Origin: Perna viridis
Taxonomy: Eukaryota
Assembly: GCA_037379345.1 (NCBI GenBank)
Contig: CM074520.1
Location: forward strand, 38,412,664-38,476,663
Length of the DNA stretch: 64,000 nucleotides
Direction of reading: 5' to 3'
Shown: positions 1 to 12,820 of the stretch, in pieces
How positions within the stretch are numbered: position 1 is the stretch's first letter
How the letters are laid out: each line of letters starts with the position of its first letter
Notes under the pieces: model-generated
Seen by the model: the letters and a program-made list of their open reading frames with translations, nothing else
What the model was told of the DNA's origin: nothing
The model's database searches: none
Made by a program: the position numbers and the translations under genes

Positions 1-150
1 TTTTGTTATCTCGGGGCCTTTTATAGCTTACCGTACGGTATTGGTTTCGCTCATTGTTGAAGGCCGTGCAGTGACCTGTAGCTGTTTACTGTTTGTTCTT
101 TCTTTAGTGGGAAGTTGTCTCATTGGCGATCTTACCACATCTTCTTTTTT
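1..150 (+). mobile_element. 3' portion of an abundant bivalve SINE-like repeat
   Basis: Motif GGGGCCTTTTATAGCT...GCTCATTGTTGAAGGCCGT.C.GTGACCT.TAG...GTTGTCTCATTGGC.ATC.TACCACATCTTCTTTTT, recognised from memory as a high-copy mussel/oyster repeat; cut by the window edge. Confidence 0.5.
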
Positions 151-879
151 ACAAAGTTGTATCTGTTATTCAAAATATTTGAAATTGAATAAATTATTTA
201 TTTATAATTAATATAAATATTAGATTTATTTATAAGAATAAAATAAAGACATGAATGATAAAAAAAGTCAATTTTTCAAGCAGATAAATACTCTTCCATT
301 GCAAATATGCTTAAACTTATCTCCATGTTGATGAGTTTAGGGAAAGATTAGTTAATGTAGTTGCAGATAAAAAAAAACAGAAAAAAAGATATAATAAATA
401 CAATTTAAGTTATCTATAGCGATACAACATACAGGTTTCAGTTTTAAGTAATTTGTGGTACAGGGGGTCCAGCATATCTTGTGACAAAAAAAGAGCGTCA
501 TCTGCAATAAATATGGTCGTGTGTATTTTGTATTTAAATACTTTTAAACGAAACTAGGGGAATGCAAATGATGGCGTCCTTTATTGTCAGGCACAATTGT
601 AGTTGCAGATGAAGAAAACAGAAAATTCGTTTAAAAAAGGGATTAACTTCAAACGGCGATCTACCTGCCTGCAAGATGTTTGATTCATAGATAGTGTCTT
701 GCTAGGTGTTTGTCTCATATATAATGGTAATACAGCAGTATTGCGAGAGGTTACATAAAAATTATATAAAGCATACCTATTGGAGGTGTTTGATGGACAT
801 TTTGGGATTAAATTGTTAAGAGAAGTAACAAGTTAATAAAATAATTAAATACAAGTTAATGTAGGGTAAAATTAATTTA

Positions 880-1545
880 TTATATGATTGTATTTTTTCT
901 TTGCTCTGATTGGCTGTAATTACCTTGAAAAGTATTGAGTATGTCCAATGTCTACCTAAAAATCGCCTTGCAGATAACGAGGACTGTAATTTATTTGTCA
1001 ACCCGGTTTGCATAAAAATGGAACAAAAAAATCCAAATCATTCTTAAAATAAAACAGCCAATCAAAAATCACCTCGGCGGTAACGTCACTAACATGGACT
1101 GTAATGTCAACCCGGTTTGGATAAAAATAGATCAAAAACACCAAATCATTCTTAACATACAACAACCATTCAAATTTTATGACATTTTAAGAACTGTTGA
1201 TACAATATGAACTTACCGGTACCTTCATCTAGAACTGGACATTTTAATTTCCCAAGTCAGCATTTAACAAATGTTCAAACATTACAATCAATTTCAATCT
1301 TAGAAAATGAATCTGGCCAGACTTGCCTATTAAAATCCATGTTCTTTGATTATTATTTATTATTTCTTTGCCATTGTGAAGGGAAAAACCATATAATAAA
1401 ACAATCATTGACTCTTAAATAGGAGCTGGGTTTATCAACCCTCAAAAAGAAATATTAACCTCGACTTCGGCTCGGTTAATATTACTTTTGTTAAGTTGTT
1501 AAATCCCCGTAGTAACCCATATAAGAGTCAATAATTGTATAATAG
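880..1545. mobile_element. Non-autonomous Crypton-like element (hairpin-ended)
   Basis: Begins near CTCTGATTGGCTG. Internal direct duplication of about 115 bp (980-1070 vs 1096-1175). Terminal hairpin AATATTAACC-TCGACTTCGGCTC-GGTTAATATT at about 1451-1483, then ...AATAATTGTATAA. Confidence 0.45.
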
Positions 1546-1810
1546 TAATTAGAGTTAGGGTAAACATAAAATTTATAGAGTTAAATAAGTGTTAGAGTAA
1601 AAATTAAAGGTTTAAGAAGGGGTTAGTGTGGGTAAAAGTTAAAGGGTTAGGTAAAGAGTTGTGGTTAAAGTTAGGGTTAATGGGCAGGGTCAGGATTAGA
1701 GTAGATGTATTGTGTACATGAAAGGGAAATAATTGAAATGGGGAATTTATCAATACGTTTACGGTATGAGTATCAAAGAGTTGGGGTATAGTTTGGGTTA
1801 AGGTACAGGC
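1545..1810 (+). repeat. Degenerate (TTAGGG)n-like G-rich tract
   Basis: Many GTTAGGG/GTTAGAG/GTTAAAG/GGTTAAGG variants in tandem. Confidence 0.55.
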
Positions 1811-2087
1811 ACGTGAAATAAAAAGAATGGAAATGGGAGAATATAGGTACATGATTTTCAAGGATTTTGAGTCATTAAACATTCTTTTTACAATGAAATC
1901 CTGGGTTTGACATTATGCTTAGCTATATTTTTGTATAACTTGTGCACCCAACATCATCATTATCATACTTCCTCCATCCATTCATCCATCCATCCATCAT
2001 TATATGATCAATCAATCAATCGGAACCTGCACTTATCATCACATGGACTATGGACGAATATTAAATAAACCAAGATACTAAAGTAAT

Positions 2088-2480
2088 TTATTTATTCAAA
2101 TCATGTGTTTTCATGTGTCTCAGTTTTCCACATGTATTGCACGAATAAGGTTTTTCCCCGATGTATGACCATGCCACACTTTTGACAAGTATACGGATTC
2201 TCACCAGTATGTATTCTCATGTGGCGATCCCAATGGTTAAATTGTTTGTTTTTTTGTCCACATTGGTCACACATGTAAGACTTTTAATCAGAGTACGTTC
2301 CCATGGACTCGTTGTCTGAAATCCTGTTCGCATACTGAACATGTATAAGGTTTGATACCAGTATGTGTTCTCATGTATTTGTAGATCGTCTGTCCGACTA
2401 AATGTTTTGCCACATACTTCACATTGACATGGTTTATCGATTTGTTTGTGTTCTCATCAGCACGCACAAGTTACACTTTT
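2088..2480 (-). pseudogene. C2H2 (Kruppel-type) zinc-finger array, about 6 decayed fingers
   Basis: Manual translation across frameshifts: DKPCQCEVCGKTFSRTDDLQIH / MRTHTGIKPYTCSVCEQDF / KSYMCDQCGQKNKQFNHWDRHMRIHTGENPYTCQKCG / GEKPYSCNTCGKLRHMKTHDLNK*. TGEKPY-type linkers; not in the ORF track because of frameshifts. Confidence 0.9.
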
Positions 2481-2678
2481 AATCAGGGTGGACAGGGTAG
2501 AGGGAGACAGGGAGAACGGAGATAGGGGAGGGAGAGTGGAGAGAGGGGGATAAAGGAGAGAAGGGGAGGGAGAATGCAGAGAGTGGGAGGAAAATGCAGA
2601 GAGGGGGAGGAGAATGAATAGAGGGGAAGAGAGTTGAGAGAGGGGGGATAAAGGAGAGAAGGGGAAGAATGGAGAGAG
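2481..2678 (-). pseudogene. Ser/Pro/Leu-rich region of the zinc-finger gene, part 3' of the LINE insertion
   Basis: GA-rich tract reads ...PFSPLSPSLHSPSPISVLPVSLYPVHPD*KCNLC, running into the first finger. Confidence 0.6.
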
Positions 2679-4190
2679 TCTCTGTTCTTGGCCCCTTGAT
2701 GTTCCTTATATATATTAACGACATTGGAGAAACCTTGTTGTCGCTAACTAGACTTTTAACTGACGATACTTCACTTGGATATTCCAGTAGCGAAAAAGTA
2801 GTTAACTACGACTTAAGCGAATTAAATTCTTGATCTAAGAAATGGCTAATGTCATTTAACCCGGATAAAACTGAAATCATGGTATTTTCAAACCTAATAA
2901 TCCCTAATGATTTTGAATACACTTAATAGGAGGACATTTTCCCACGATGCAAAGTGGGATGAGCATATTGACAAAATTGAAAATAGTGCACATAAGCAAC
3001 TTGGTATACTACGAAAGTTTAAATTTATTATGAGTAGACAAAATCTACATAAGATCTATATTGTATATATTCGTCCACTTCTCGAATACGCATGTGAAAA
3101 TTGGGACAATTGCAATCTTGGAGACACTCAGAGACTTGAGAAGATCCAGCTTGAATTATTGTCACTGGGTTACCAATATTTACTCCGGTAAACTATCTTT
3201 ATCGTGAAACCGAATCGGAAACTTTAGAAACTAGACGGAAATGGAGAAAGCTACAATTGTTTTTTAATATAAATAAACATGAAGCTCCAGAATATCTATG
3301 CGACCTTCTTCCACCCTCCATCCAAAGTACAACGACTTGTCCACTTAGAAATGGATATGACCTAACTGTACCCTTTTTGACTCTCTCACAGGTAATTCTT
3401 TTCCCCATCGACAGTCAAAGAATGGAACTAGATGAACTACGACTTTTTGACTTTTTGACTTTTGAACCTGTTCGGAATGTCGCTGAGATTTCTAAGTTTA
3501 AACGGGCAATTCGAGATGAAGATGACAGAGTCTCCGTTCCTAAGTTATACGAATTCGGTCCAAGAAAATATAATACTATTCTAACTCAACTTAGATGTGG
3601 AGCTTCCTTCCTAAACTTTGATCTCTTTAAAACAACCCTAAATGTTCTTGTGATGCACCGGTTGAAGATGTAAAACACTTTTCCTTTGATTGTGAAAACT
3701 ATTCAGAAATTATAACTTCTTTACTTGGTATATTATCAGTCTTCAGAGTTCCCCTAAATGTTAAATTATTTACTGATGGTAATCAAAATCTCACATATCA
3801 ACAAAATTGTGACGTCTTCAAGGAGGTCTATAAATTTATTCAATCATCTAAACGATTCCTTTGAGTTTAAATATATTATTGGATCATGTTGGGCTGCACG
3901 CCTGTCCCATTGATGTTCACGTGTGATCGCCAAACCAACCTATCATTCGATGTTTTCCTCCCCCTTTTTCCTGTTACATGTATTTTCCTACATATTTTAT
4001 GTATATTGAAGTATTGACTTGAATTATGTATGCTCTCTGTTTAATTTAACTTGTCGGAAATTTACAAATACAAAAGGAGAAGACTCTATAAGTTAGGATT
4101 ATTGTGACCTTTAATTATAATATCTATTCTATTGTATATGTTATCAAAACTTGTGTCTCATCCTTGAGCAAATAAAATAATTCTAATTCT
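2679..4190 (+). mobile_element. 5'-truncated CR1/L2-type LINE (RT C-terminal half plus 3' UTR), decayed
   Basis: SVLGPLMFLIYIND...LLTDDTSL RT motifs; ORFs 2907-3191 (IRPLLEYAC..WD) and 3257-3673 (APEYL..LLP, LTQLRCG). Ends AATAAA plus (TTCTAA)2 tail. TSD AATGGAGAGAG at 2668-2678 and 4191-4201. Confidence 0.92.
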
Positions 4191-4400
4191 AATGGAGAGA
4201 GGGGAGGGAGAGTGGATATAATGGAGGGAGAAAGGAGAAATGGGGAGGGAGAAAGGAGAAAATGGAAGGGAGAGGGGAGAAAATCACTGCTTCCCACTAT
4301 ACATTGTAACTCCTGTTTTAATTTCAATCATGTGTTGAGCTTTTGACTTTTACCGCCATTTTAACATGGAGTTAATAGTGACTTCAGAGAAATTCCTACC
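4191..4400 (-). pseudogene. N-terminal part of the zinc-finger gene, 5' of the LINE insertion
   Basis: GA-rich tract resumes after the TSD (LPSPFHFLLSPSPFLLSPS..LPPLSP). Candidate start AAAATGGCGG near 4360 and a possible acceptor AG near 4395-4402. Confidence 0.5.
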
Positions 4401-4419
4401 TATTAATTTATTTTATTTA

Positions 4420-7365
4420 CATGTACATCGTTTGTGAAGCTATAATAAAGCTATGACGGAGGTACATGAAACATGAAACAACGAATTGTTTTCCTTGTTC
4501 CCCTGAAATTCGTTATAGCCGAGTTTTTTCTGTACATCGTTCATGGAACTAAAGTAAAGCTTTGTGAAGCTAGAATTAAGCTATGACGGAGGTTTATGAT
4601 ACATGTACGTTGTTTTGACGGAGATTTATGATACATGCACATCGCTTGAGAAGCTAAGATAAAGCTTTAACGGAGGGTTATGAAACATTTACATCGTTTG
4701 TGGAACTAAAGTAAAGCTTTGACAGAGGTTTATGATACATGTACATCGTTTGATTAAAGTAACGCTTTGATGGATGTATATGTTAAATGTACATCGTTTG
4801 TGCAGCTAATATAAAGCTTTGACGGAGCCTTATTATACATGTTGGGGAACTAAAATAAAACTTTGACACAGGTTTATTATACATGTACATCGTTTGTAAA
4901 ACTTAAATAAAGCTTTGAGGGAGGTTCCAAGTTCCAGCGTTGCTTGAAGTTGAGGGTATCTGATACACACGCAAAAATGAGGACATTTTCACACCGAGGA
5001 CACACGATGTTAGAATATTGACGCACTGACAATTGCGACATTTTTACAACGAGCACATGTACAGCAATGATGTTTAGGGAACATGACTGTGTAAAATGAA
5101 CGTTACTATAAGGTAAACCACAATGAATAACTCAGAACATGTGTTATGTATGCCTAACATTCCTAAAAAAGCATAGGAACCTTTCCTGGAAGCGCATGAT
5201 ACATGTGCATCGTGAATTTAAAATAAATTTGTTCGTTTTAAACGTTTGTGAAACCCAAATAACGCTTTTTTGGTACATGTTACATGTAAATCGTTTGTGA
5301 AGCTAAAATAAAGCTTTGACGGTGGTTTATGATATATGTATATCGGTTGTGAAGCTAAAATACAGCTTGACGTAGGGAAACTATACATGAAAATCATTTG
5401 CAAAGCTAAAATAAAGTTTTGTCGGAAATTTATGATAGTGAAGCTAAAATAAAGCTTGACGTAGGTACATGTATACTATACATGAAAATCATTTGCGAAG
5501 CTACAATAAAGTTTTGTCGGAGATTTATGATAGTGAAGCTAAAATAAAGCTTGACGTAGGTATACTATATACATGAAAATCATTTCCGAAGCTTAGATAA
5601 AGTTTTGATGGAGGTTTATTATACATTTACATGTACATCGGTTGTGAGGCTAAAATAAAGATTTGACGGAGGTTTATGATACATGTACATCGTTTGGGGA
5701 ACTAAAATAAAGCTTTGACAGAGGTTTATGGTACATGTACATCGGTTGTGAAGCTAAAATAAAGCTTTGACAGAGGTTTATAATACAAGTACATCGGTTG
5801 TGAAGCTAAAATAAAGCTTGACATAGGTATACTATGCATGAACATCATTTGCTAAGCTAAAATAAAGATTTGACGGAGGTTTTTTATGCATGTACATCAG
5901 TTGTGAAGCTAAAATAAAGATTTGCCATGAACATCGTTTGGGCTTGAACGAATAGCTTTGATGGATGTATGAATCTGTGCAATCCTATCCATTGCCTATA
6001 TTATATGATACATGTACATCGCTTGTGAAACTAAAATAAATCTTTGACGGAGGTTTATGATACATGTAAATCGGTTGTGAAGCTAAAATAAAGCTTTGAC
6101 GGAAGTTAATATACATGAACATCGTTTGGGCTTGGACGAATAGCTAAAATAAAGCTTTGATGGATGTATATATCTGTGCAATCATATCCATTGCCTATAT
6201 TATATGATACATGTACATCGTTTTGTAAAACTTAGATAAAGCTTTGGCGGAGGTTCCAAGTTCCAGTGTTGCTTGAAGTTGAGGGTATCTGATACACACG
6301 CAAAAATGAGGACTTTTCACACCGAGGACACACGATGTTAGAATATTGACAGACTGACAATTGCAACAATTTTACAACGAGCACATGTACGGCAATGATG
6401 TTAAGGGAACATGACTGTGTAAATGAACGTTACTATTAGGTAAACCACAATGAAGAACTCCGAACAAGTGTTATGTATGCCTAACATTCCTAAAAAAACA
6501 TAAGAACCATTCCCGGATGCACAAGATACACGTGCATCGTAAAGCTAAAATAAATTCGTTCGTTTAAATCGTTTGTGAAACCCGAATAACGTTTTTTTGG
6601 TACATGTTACATGTACATTGGTTGTGAAGCTAACATAAAGCTTGACGTAGGTATACTATACATGAAAATCATTTGCGAAGCTAAAAAAAGCTTTGGCAGA
6701 GGTTTATGCTGCATGTACATCGGTTGTGAAGCTGAAGCTAAAATAAAGCTTTGACGGAGGTTTTTTATGCATGTACATCGGTTGTGAAGCTAAAATAAAG
6801 ATTTGACATGAACATCGTTTGGGCTTGAACGAATAGCTTTGATGGATGTATGAATCTGTGCAATCCTATCCATTGCCTATATTATATGATACATGTACAT
6901 CATTTGTAAAACTTAAATAAAGCTTTGACGGAGGTTCCAAGTTCCAGTGTTGCTTGAAGTTGAGGGTATCTGATACACACGCAAAAATGAGGACATTTTC
7001 ACACCGAGGACACACGATGTTAGAATATTGACAGACTGACAATTGCGACATTTTAACAACGAGCACATGTACGGCAATGATGTTTAGGGAACATGACTGT
7101 GTAAATGAACGTTACCATACATGAAAATCATTTTAAAAGCTAAAATAATGCTTTGACGGAGGCGCATGATACATGTGCATCGTGAACCTAAAATAAATTC
7201 GTTCATTTAAATCGTTTGTGAAACCCAAATAACGCTTTTTTGTACATGTTACATATACATCGTTTGTGAAGCTACAATAAAGCGTGGACAGAGGTTTATG
7301 ATACATGTACATCGTTTGTAAAGCTACAATAAAGTTTTGACATAGGTTTAAGATACATGCACAGA
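4420..7365. repeat. About 43-bp tandem satellite with interspersed 240-bp blocks (higher-order structure)
   Basis: Unit TACATGTACATCGTTTGTGAAGCTAAAATAAAGCTTTGACGGAGGTTTATGA repeated dozens of times; unique blocks at about 4925-5165, 6255-6495 and 6935-7115. Confidence 0.92.
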
Positions 7366-7735
7366 TGTCCGACAAACTAGGAAATAAATCCCGCCATATC
7401 GGGACCACCACTTGAAGCTGTATACAAAATTTCAGAATCCGACGATTAATAGTCTCTAAGAAAACTATTACGAAAACTGACCATTGACCCAATGGGAGAA
7501 AAAATAAAGAAATGGAGCAATCGCACACGAAAGCGAACCCCCTCGCCCATTAACATTATTTTCAATATAAACTTTAACCTAAGTCATTCATGCAGAAAAT
7601 GTAGGTCAAGGTGACCTATTTTTGGTATTGATGTTGGTTACTACCATAGATATATCCACTGACCTAATATGAACCCTATACAACTTGTACATGTAGTTGC
7701 TGAGATATGGACCTTAACCAAAACTTTAACCTGAC
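7363..7735 (+). mobile_element. Non-autonomous interspersed repeat (AGATGTCCGACA / GTGACCT / TACAAAATTTCA family)
   Basis: Aligns with copies at about 9045-9243, 16800-16860, 19000-19030 and 20548-21135. Confidence 0.65.
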
Positions 7736-8065
7736 AGTACCATACTACTATGGTATGGTACCTACTAACAACAAACAAAACACTATATCAGCTGGTTTTG
7801 CCAAAGCATCGCCCATTTTGGAGCAAGAAGTGATTTTGATGTTTATCAAGAATTCGGCTCATGTGTATGCTAGGGGCCATCTTGGTCTTGTTTGAGGGTG
7901 TGAACATTTCGTTCATTGTTGAAGGCCCTTAGACAACATCAAGATGCAGAACAGGAATAAAGGCCCTGTTCCTTGATAATTGGACTTTAACTTGTATTTT
8001 ATGTGCCTTGCTGTCACATGTACATTCACTCCATATCCTCTCCTTTTTTCTAATGGCAGTGGCTA

Positions 8066-8977
8066 CAGTTACCTGGATTTACCTAGAAAAGTAACAATAA
8101 CATTTTTTTTATTGTTACCTGAGAGTCTATTTCGAGAACGGTTACCGGACACGGAGCTGAAACAGGTAACAATAACATATTATTTAGTTATTCTTACCTA
8201 GTACCGTTATTGTTACCTGAAATTGAAATCGAACAGAAAGGACTAGACCTATTTCAGTTAAAATTAATATGACAGCTTTAGTAAAAATGCTGTATTTTTT
8301 ACATAAAAATATATTATAGCATAGAACCAATATTACACTAACCATGTTCAGCTGAAGTTTCTGTAATGACTTGTAAGGTAAAGTAAAGAATGATGTTGAA
8401 ACATAGTTAAAGGAATACCAAGATGCTAATTTTGTGGAACTTTATAAAAGAAGTTCAACAAAAATAGAAAAGGCAAAAACAAAAAAAGGAAATAATAAGT
8501 ATCAGGAGTTAAATTTAGTATTTGGATCTGGATGTGGTTACGGTTTTTCTCGTGAACATTTATCTATTAGATAAATTATGTATAAATTCTATGCATGATT
8601 TATAAATATTTTCATGCACAAAGTATGTTGAATTTTCATCGTGACTTCCGTCTTATTCAACCTGTATACCAAAGCAGGTGCCCAGGTACAATTTACATTT
8701 CGGATGAGCTCCTTATTCCAAATTATACCTATTAAAAATACAACCACTCAGGCATAAGGGGCGAAACCGTTACAATACATGTATGTAGAACTTGCCACAC
8801 AACCCATTTCCTTAGAATTTACATGTTGCCGAGTGTCAATGTTAAAAAATATCAGGTAACAATAACCAAATAATATCTTATTGTTACCCGTTTCAGGTCT
8901 GTGTCCGGTAACCGTTCCCGAATTAGTCTCTCAGGTAACAATAAGAAATTTCTTATTGTTACTTTTCCAGGTAACTC
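8066..8977. mobile_element. MITE with TIRs of about 125 bp, flanked by TA
   Basis: Left CAGTTACCTGG...GAAAAGTAACAATAA...GGTTACCGGACAC...GGTAACAATAA mirrors right TTATTGTTACC...GTGTCCGGTAACC...TTATTGTTACTTTTCCAGGTAACTC; TA on both sides. Confidence 0.85.
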
Positions 8978-9256
8978 TATCCTGTGCCTTTGCTATATCC
9001 CCTCCCCAATTTGGTTGGCTTGGGGATAATTCAAATGGGAAGTAGATGTCCGACAGACTCAAAATCGAATCCAACCTTATGGTACCACTATCGGAGGCTG
9101 CATACAAAATTTCAGAACGCTACAATTAATAGTGATTAGTCTCCGAGAAAACTGTTACGAAAGTTTGATCACTGACGGACACAAGGACGTCCAGACCAGT
9201 AAAAACATTATACCCTTCACAACTTTGTTGCGTGGGGTTTAAATATATATACTCAC

Positions 9257-9417
9257 CAAGTTCCAGTGTTGCTTGAAGTTGGGGATATCTGATACACACG
9301 CAAAAATGAAGACATTTTCACACTAAGGACAAACAATGTTTTGGGCCCAGGACAGTGCAAATGAACATTACCAAGAAGTACAGAACTCAGAACAAGTGAT
9401 ATGTATGCCTAACAATC
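9257..9417 (-). other. Putative non-coding (5' UTR-like) exon
   Basis: Poly-T/TTTAG acceptor at 9418-9431 and GTGAGT donor at 9251-9256; stops in all three frames; homologous to the blocks embedded in the 43-bp satellite. Confidence 0.45.
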
Positions 9418-9449
9418 CTAAATAAAAAAAAACCCATAGGTACCTGTCC

Positions 9450-9670
9450 ATGACACATGTACATCGTGAAGCTAAAATAAATTAAGCTTTGTCAGATGTG
9501 TATGATACATGTGTTTGTGAAGCTAAAATAGAGCTTTGACAGAGATATATGACACATTACGTTGTTTGTGAAACCAAAATAAAGCTGACAGAGGTTTATG
9601 ATGCATGTACATGTATATTGTCAATGAAATTACATTGAAGCTTTGCAGGAGGTTTGAAGTACATGTAGAT
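9450..9670. repeat. Degenerate continuation of the 43-bp satellite
   Basis: GTGAAGCTAAAATA.AGCTTTGACAGAG units. Confidence 0.8.
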
Positions 9671-9882
9671 TGGTGGTTTCTTTAATCTCTAACTCTGAAG
9701 GATAAATTAACGGAATTCCTCTAAATTCGGTGATTGATGAACAGACATAATCCAATTAAATGTGTGTCAAAAAACTGTTGCATACAAATAAGTCAGGTAA
9801 GTCATATATGAACTAAAAAATTTAATAATAAAATTCTTTAAACATGAACAAGCTTACATACATGTATTATAATTTCTTCATT

Positions 9883-10015
9883 AGTAACAAATATAAACTC
9901 TAATTTCATATTTTAAAAGCAACAAATATAAACTCTAATTTCATAATTAGCAACAAATATAAACTCTAATTTCATAATTAGCAGCAAATATAAACAATAT
10001 AAACTCCGAATTCAT
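9883..10015. repeat. About 31-bp tandem repeat, 4 copies
   Basis: AGCAACAAATATAAACTCTAATTTCATAATT units. Confidence 0.8.
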
Positions 10016-11600
10016 ATACAGAGACTAAGATAAACCTTATTTCAGATAGAAATCATTATATTAAATTCTAAAATACACATGTAACTCCTTTTGGGACTGT
10101 TGAGATATGTATATTTATCATAAGCCATGTATGTTTGGTGTGCAATAGTAAACCTTAATGGTCTATCTTGGCGTTTGTACTAAAATTATTATTACATGAA
10201 AAAGTCCTTGCTTAGTTATCTCCTCAGTCCTGTATACAATAACCAAAATTATTCATCAGGAAATTGGAATCAAATTTGAATGTTATCAGTATGTTTAAAA
10301 ACTTCAGAAATTTTATTGGAATTCAGTAAAAAATAATACAAGAATTGCAACAATAAAAACAATAACTGATGTTTTTCAGTATGTACATTCCTAGATATAG
10401 ATGATGCATTCAATCCTAAAAAAACATCTCAGATTTAGTCATCAGCAAGCAGATCATGATATGATTACAGCATCATTGTCGTGCAATTGATAAGGAGTAT
10501 GGTCAGGTTTAATTAAGATTTTATAAATAAAGCCGCCATTAAATGGATTGTTACCATTCACGAAAAAAATATATCATTAAAAAATAATTTTGTGATATTG
10601 TGTGGTGATAGAATAATGTCAATAATGAAGATCTATTAAACCAAATAGTTTTTTTAAACATAGAAAAATAAACATATAATTTTCATTATTATCGTATTTA
10701 AATTCAATATTTGCGAAAATTACTTTGATAATTTTAAATCAATCCATCAAAACGATTAAATCAAATTTATTTCTATTTTCAAATATTAAAGCTTCTTTGC
10801 GCACCAAATTAAATATAAAATTATCTGATCAATACAAAATATATTTTGTGTGTATCGTCCTTAAAATTATGCAAGAAATATAGCTTTATAACGACTTTAA
10901 TTCTAAACATTGTATGATAAAATTGTAAAAATAAATTTAAAAATACTCAAATGGTCCATCTAAGTATGTCCACTCCTTATCGGGTACACAACAGTGAGGA
11001 TGTCTCTAACAGAACACTATAAAATAAGTATGCTTCCAGTACTTAGAATAATATTCACCACACAAATATGATTGACAATGTAATATGTTTGCCACAATAA
11101 TACATCTGATTTTTATTCATTTTTAGCAACTTTTTGGCATTTTTAAAATGGTAAGAAATAATGTGTTGTTACATTTTCATTTTAATAGAGAATCCGCTGC
11201 AAAAATCCCAACAAAATAAAGGAAAAGTTATGTTGCTTTATGTCCCTTTATTCTCTTTCTTCTAAAAAATATAGATAGAAAAATGCATAACAGTTCTAAC
11301 TAGTGGGTGTGTCTGTAAGCCACGAATGGCCCTCTCGTCATACATGTTGTAGGTACATATAAAAGCCAAAACATGGACTTTACTGAAGTATCTCAATCTT
11401 AAAATGTATGTCACAGTGACCTTATTCCTAGTGGGCTGTGCCATACCACCCAAGACACATCTACTGGAGAAATATCATGACCCTAGTACATATAGTACCA
11501 AAGATATGGACCTAAACCAAGAACTTAACCAAAGTTTTATGGACGTGCAGACGGAGAAGGGTATAACAATGTATGTTTGTTATACATGTACATGTATTAG

Positions 11601-11860
11601 TCACTTCATTTGTATAGAGTAAAGTAATGCAACTATTTTTGTTACTTTTTGTAACTTTCTGTCCATGGAAACAATTTTGTTTCTCACAAAGTCTTTAACC
11701 ATCCTCCATGTTCTTTTTCGCAATACATCATTTGTTTCCAGAAGTTGTTCACATTCACGATTTCCTGGCAATCTTTTCACAGCAAGATGTTTCCTGAAGG
11801 CAGTCTCCACACACCTTTTTTCTTCCTTGGTCCATGTATGTCTTTGTCCATTTTTTTTCC
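11601..11860 (-). pseudogene. Terminal exon: Myb/trihelix-like domain
   Basis: TTTCTTACAG acceptor; GKKNGQRHTWTKEEKRCVETAFRKHLAVKRLPGNRECEQLLETNDVLRKRTWRMVKDFVRNKI, with two spaced Trp helices. Confidence 0.75.
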
Positions 11861-12159
11861 CTGTAAGAAATGATATTGTGTTTTATCTGAACTAGAGGGT
11901 CCATACAGATGACTTCATTTTATCAATCAACAACCATAAAAATTACAATGTAACAATTCTCAAAGAGACAATTTAATATCTATGGATACCAAGTCTTTAA
12001 AATGCATAGATTTTTTGGGAAATATACATGTAAGTGATTTTATTATTTAACTAGTTGCTGTTACACCATTATGGAAGTCCAAATAAGCTGAGCTATTTAA
12101 AAAGGTGATTATAAAAATAATTCCCATTTTAACTATCTTTAGCCTGGCAACCATTTTGG

Positions 12160-12235
12160 TTGGATTGATTGATTGATTGTTGGTGTTTTACGTCCGAGCA
12201 ACACTATATACCGTAGGTTATATCAAGGCGATGAA
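12160..12235 (-). mobile_element. SINE-like 3' tail with (CAAT)n end
   Basis: Reverse strand reads ...GATATAACC...GGACGTAAAACACCAACAATCAATCAATCAATCC, typical of mollusc SINE tails. Confidence 0.4.
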
Positions 12236-12678
12236 CATGAAAGGGTGATAAAATGAACATAAAATAATAATGAATGAAATGGGATGGGTTTGAATGGGAC
12301 ACATGGAAATGCAATTTTGATTGCCACTGGAAAAAAGGGGAGATGGGTAGGCATACCGTGGGGCGGTCCAAAAAGGTACATGCCTGAATTGTGCCACTCC
12401 TCAGACACGTTGGCCCACTATGATCCACGGTCAGGCTTTCTGTATTATGACCTGACAACTCCCGCACACAAGGCCTACCCTATTTAGCCACCAAGAGTAC
12501 ACACCTTGATTGCTCTATGGGCTGAGCACTGCTGCTGACCTATTCTACACCCGCCTCTGCATAGGGTCATTTTGGTTGGAGATGGTGTCTATGCGACACA
12601 CTTTCGAAAGGGGTCCACCCAAAAACAATTCCGCAAGTATGATCCCAATTGACAACACAACTATCTGATATGCCTTAC

Positions 12679-12820
12679 CAACTGGTACAACATGTTTAAA
12701 GTCTTCCACTTCATCTTCATCATCATCCTTATCATAGACTTTTCGTCTAATAGCTGGAGATGGTCTCCAATCTTCATCATTATCATCATCATAATCATCC
12801 ACTTGATTACAATAACTTGA
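12679..12820 (-). pseudogene. Acidic exon of the SET gene
   Basis: TTTACAG/GTAAGG boundaries; SSYCNQVDDYDDDNDEDWRPSPAIRRKVYDKDDDEDEVEDFKHVVPV; phase 1 matches the terminal exon. Confidence 0.75.

Noticed and set aside
4420-7365. CRISPR-like repeat/spacer appearance
   Set aside because: Repeats are contiguous and degenerate, the inserted blocks are copies of each other, there are no cas genes, and the context is eukaryotic.
10080-10098. TGTAACTCCTTTTGGGAC as an inverted partner of GTCCCAAAAG after the (CA)n (possible left terminus)
   Set aside because: Only about a 10-bp match, no CA run or GAGGAC array nearby, and the partner lies outside the proposed end.
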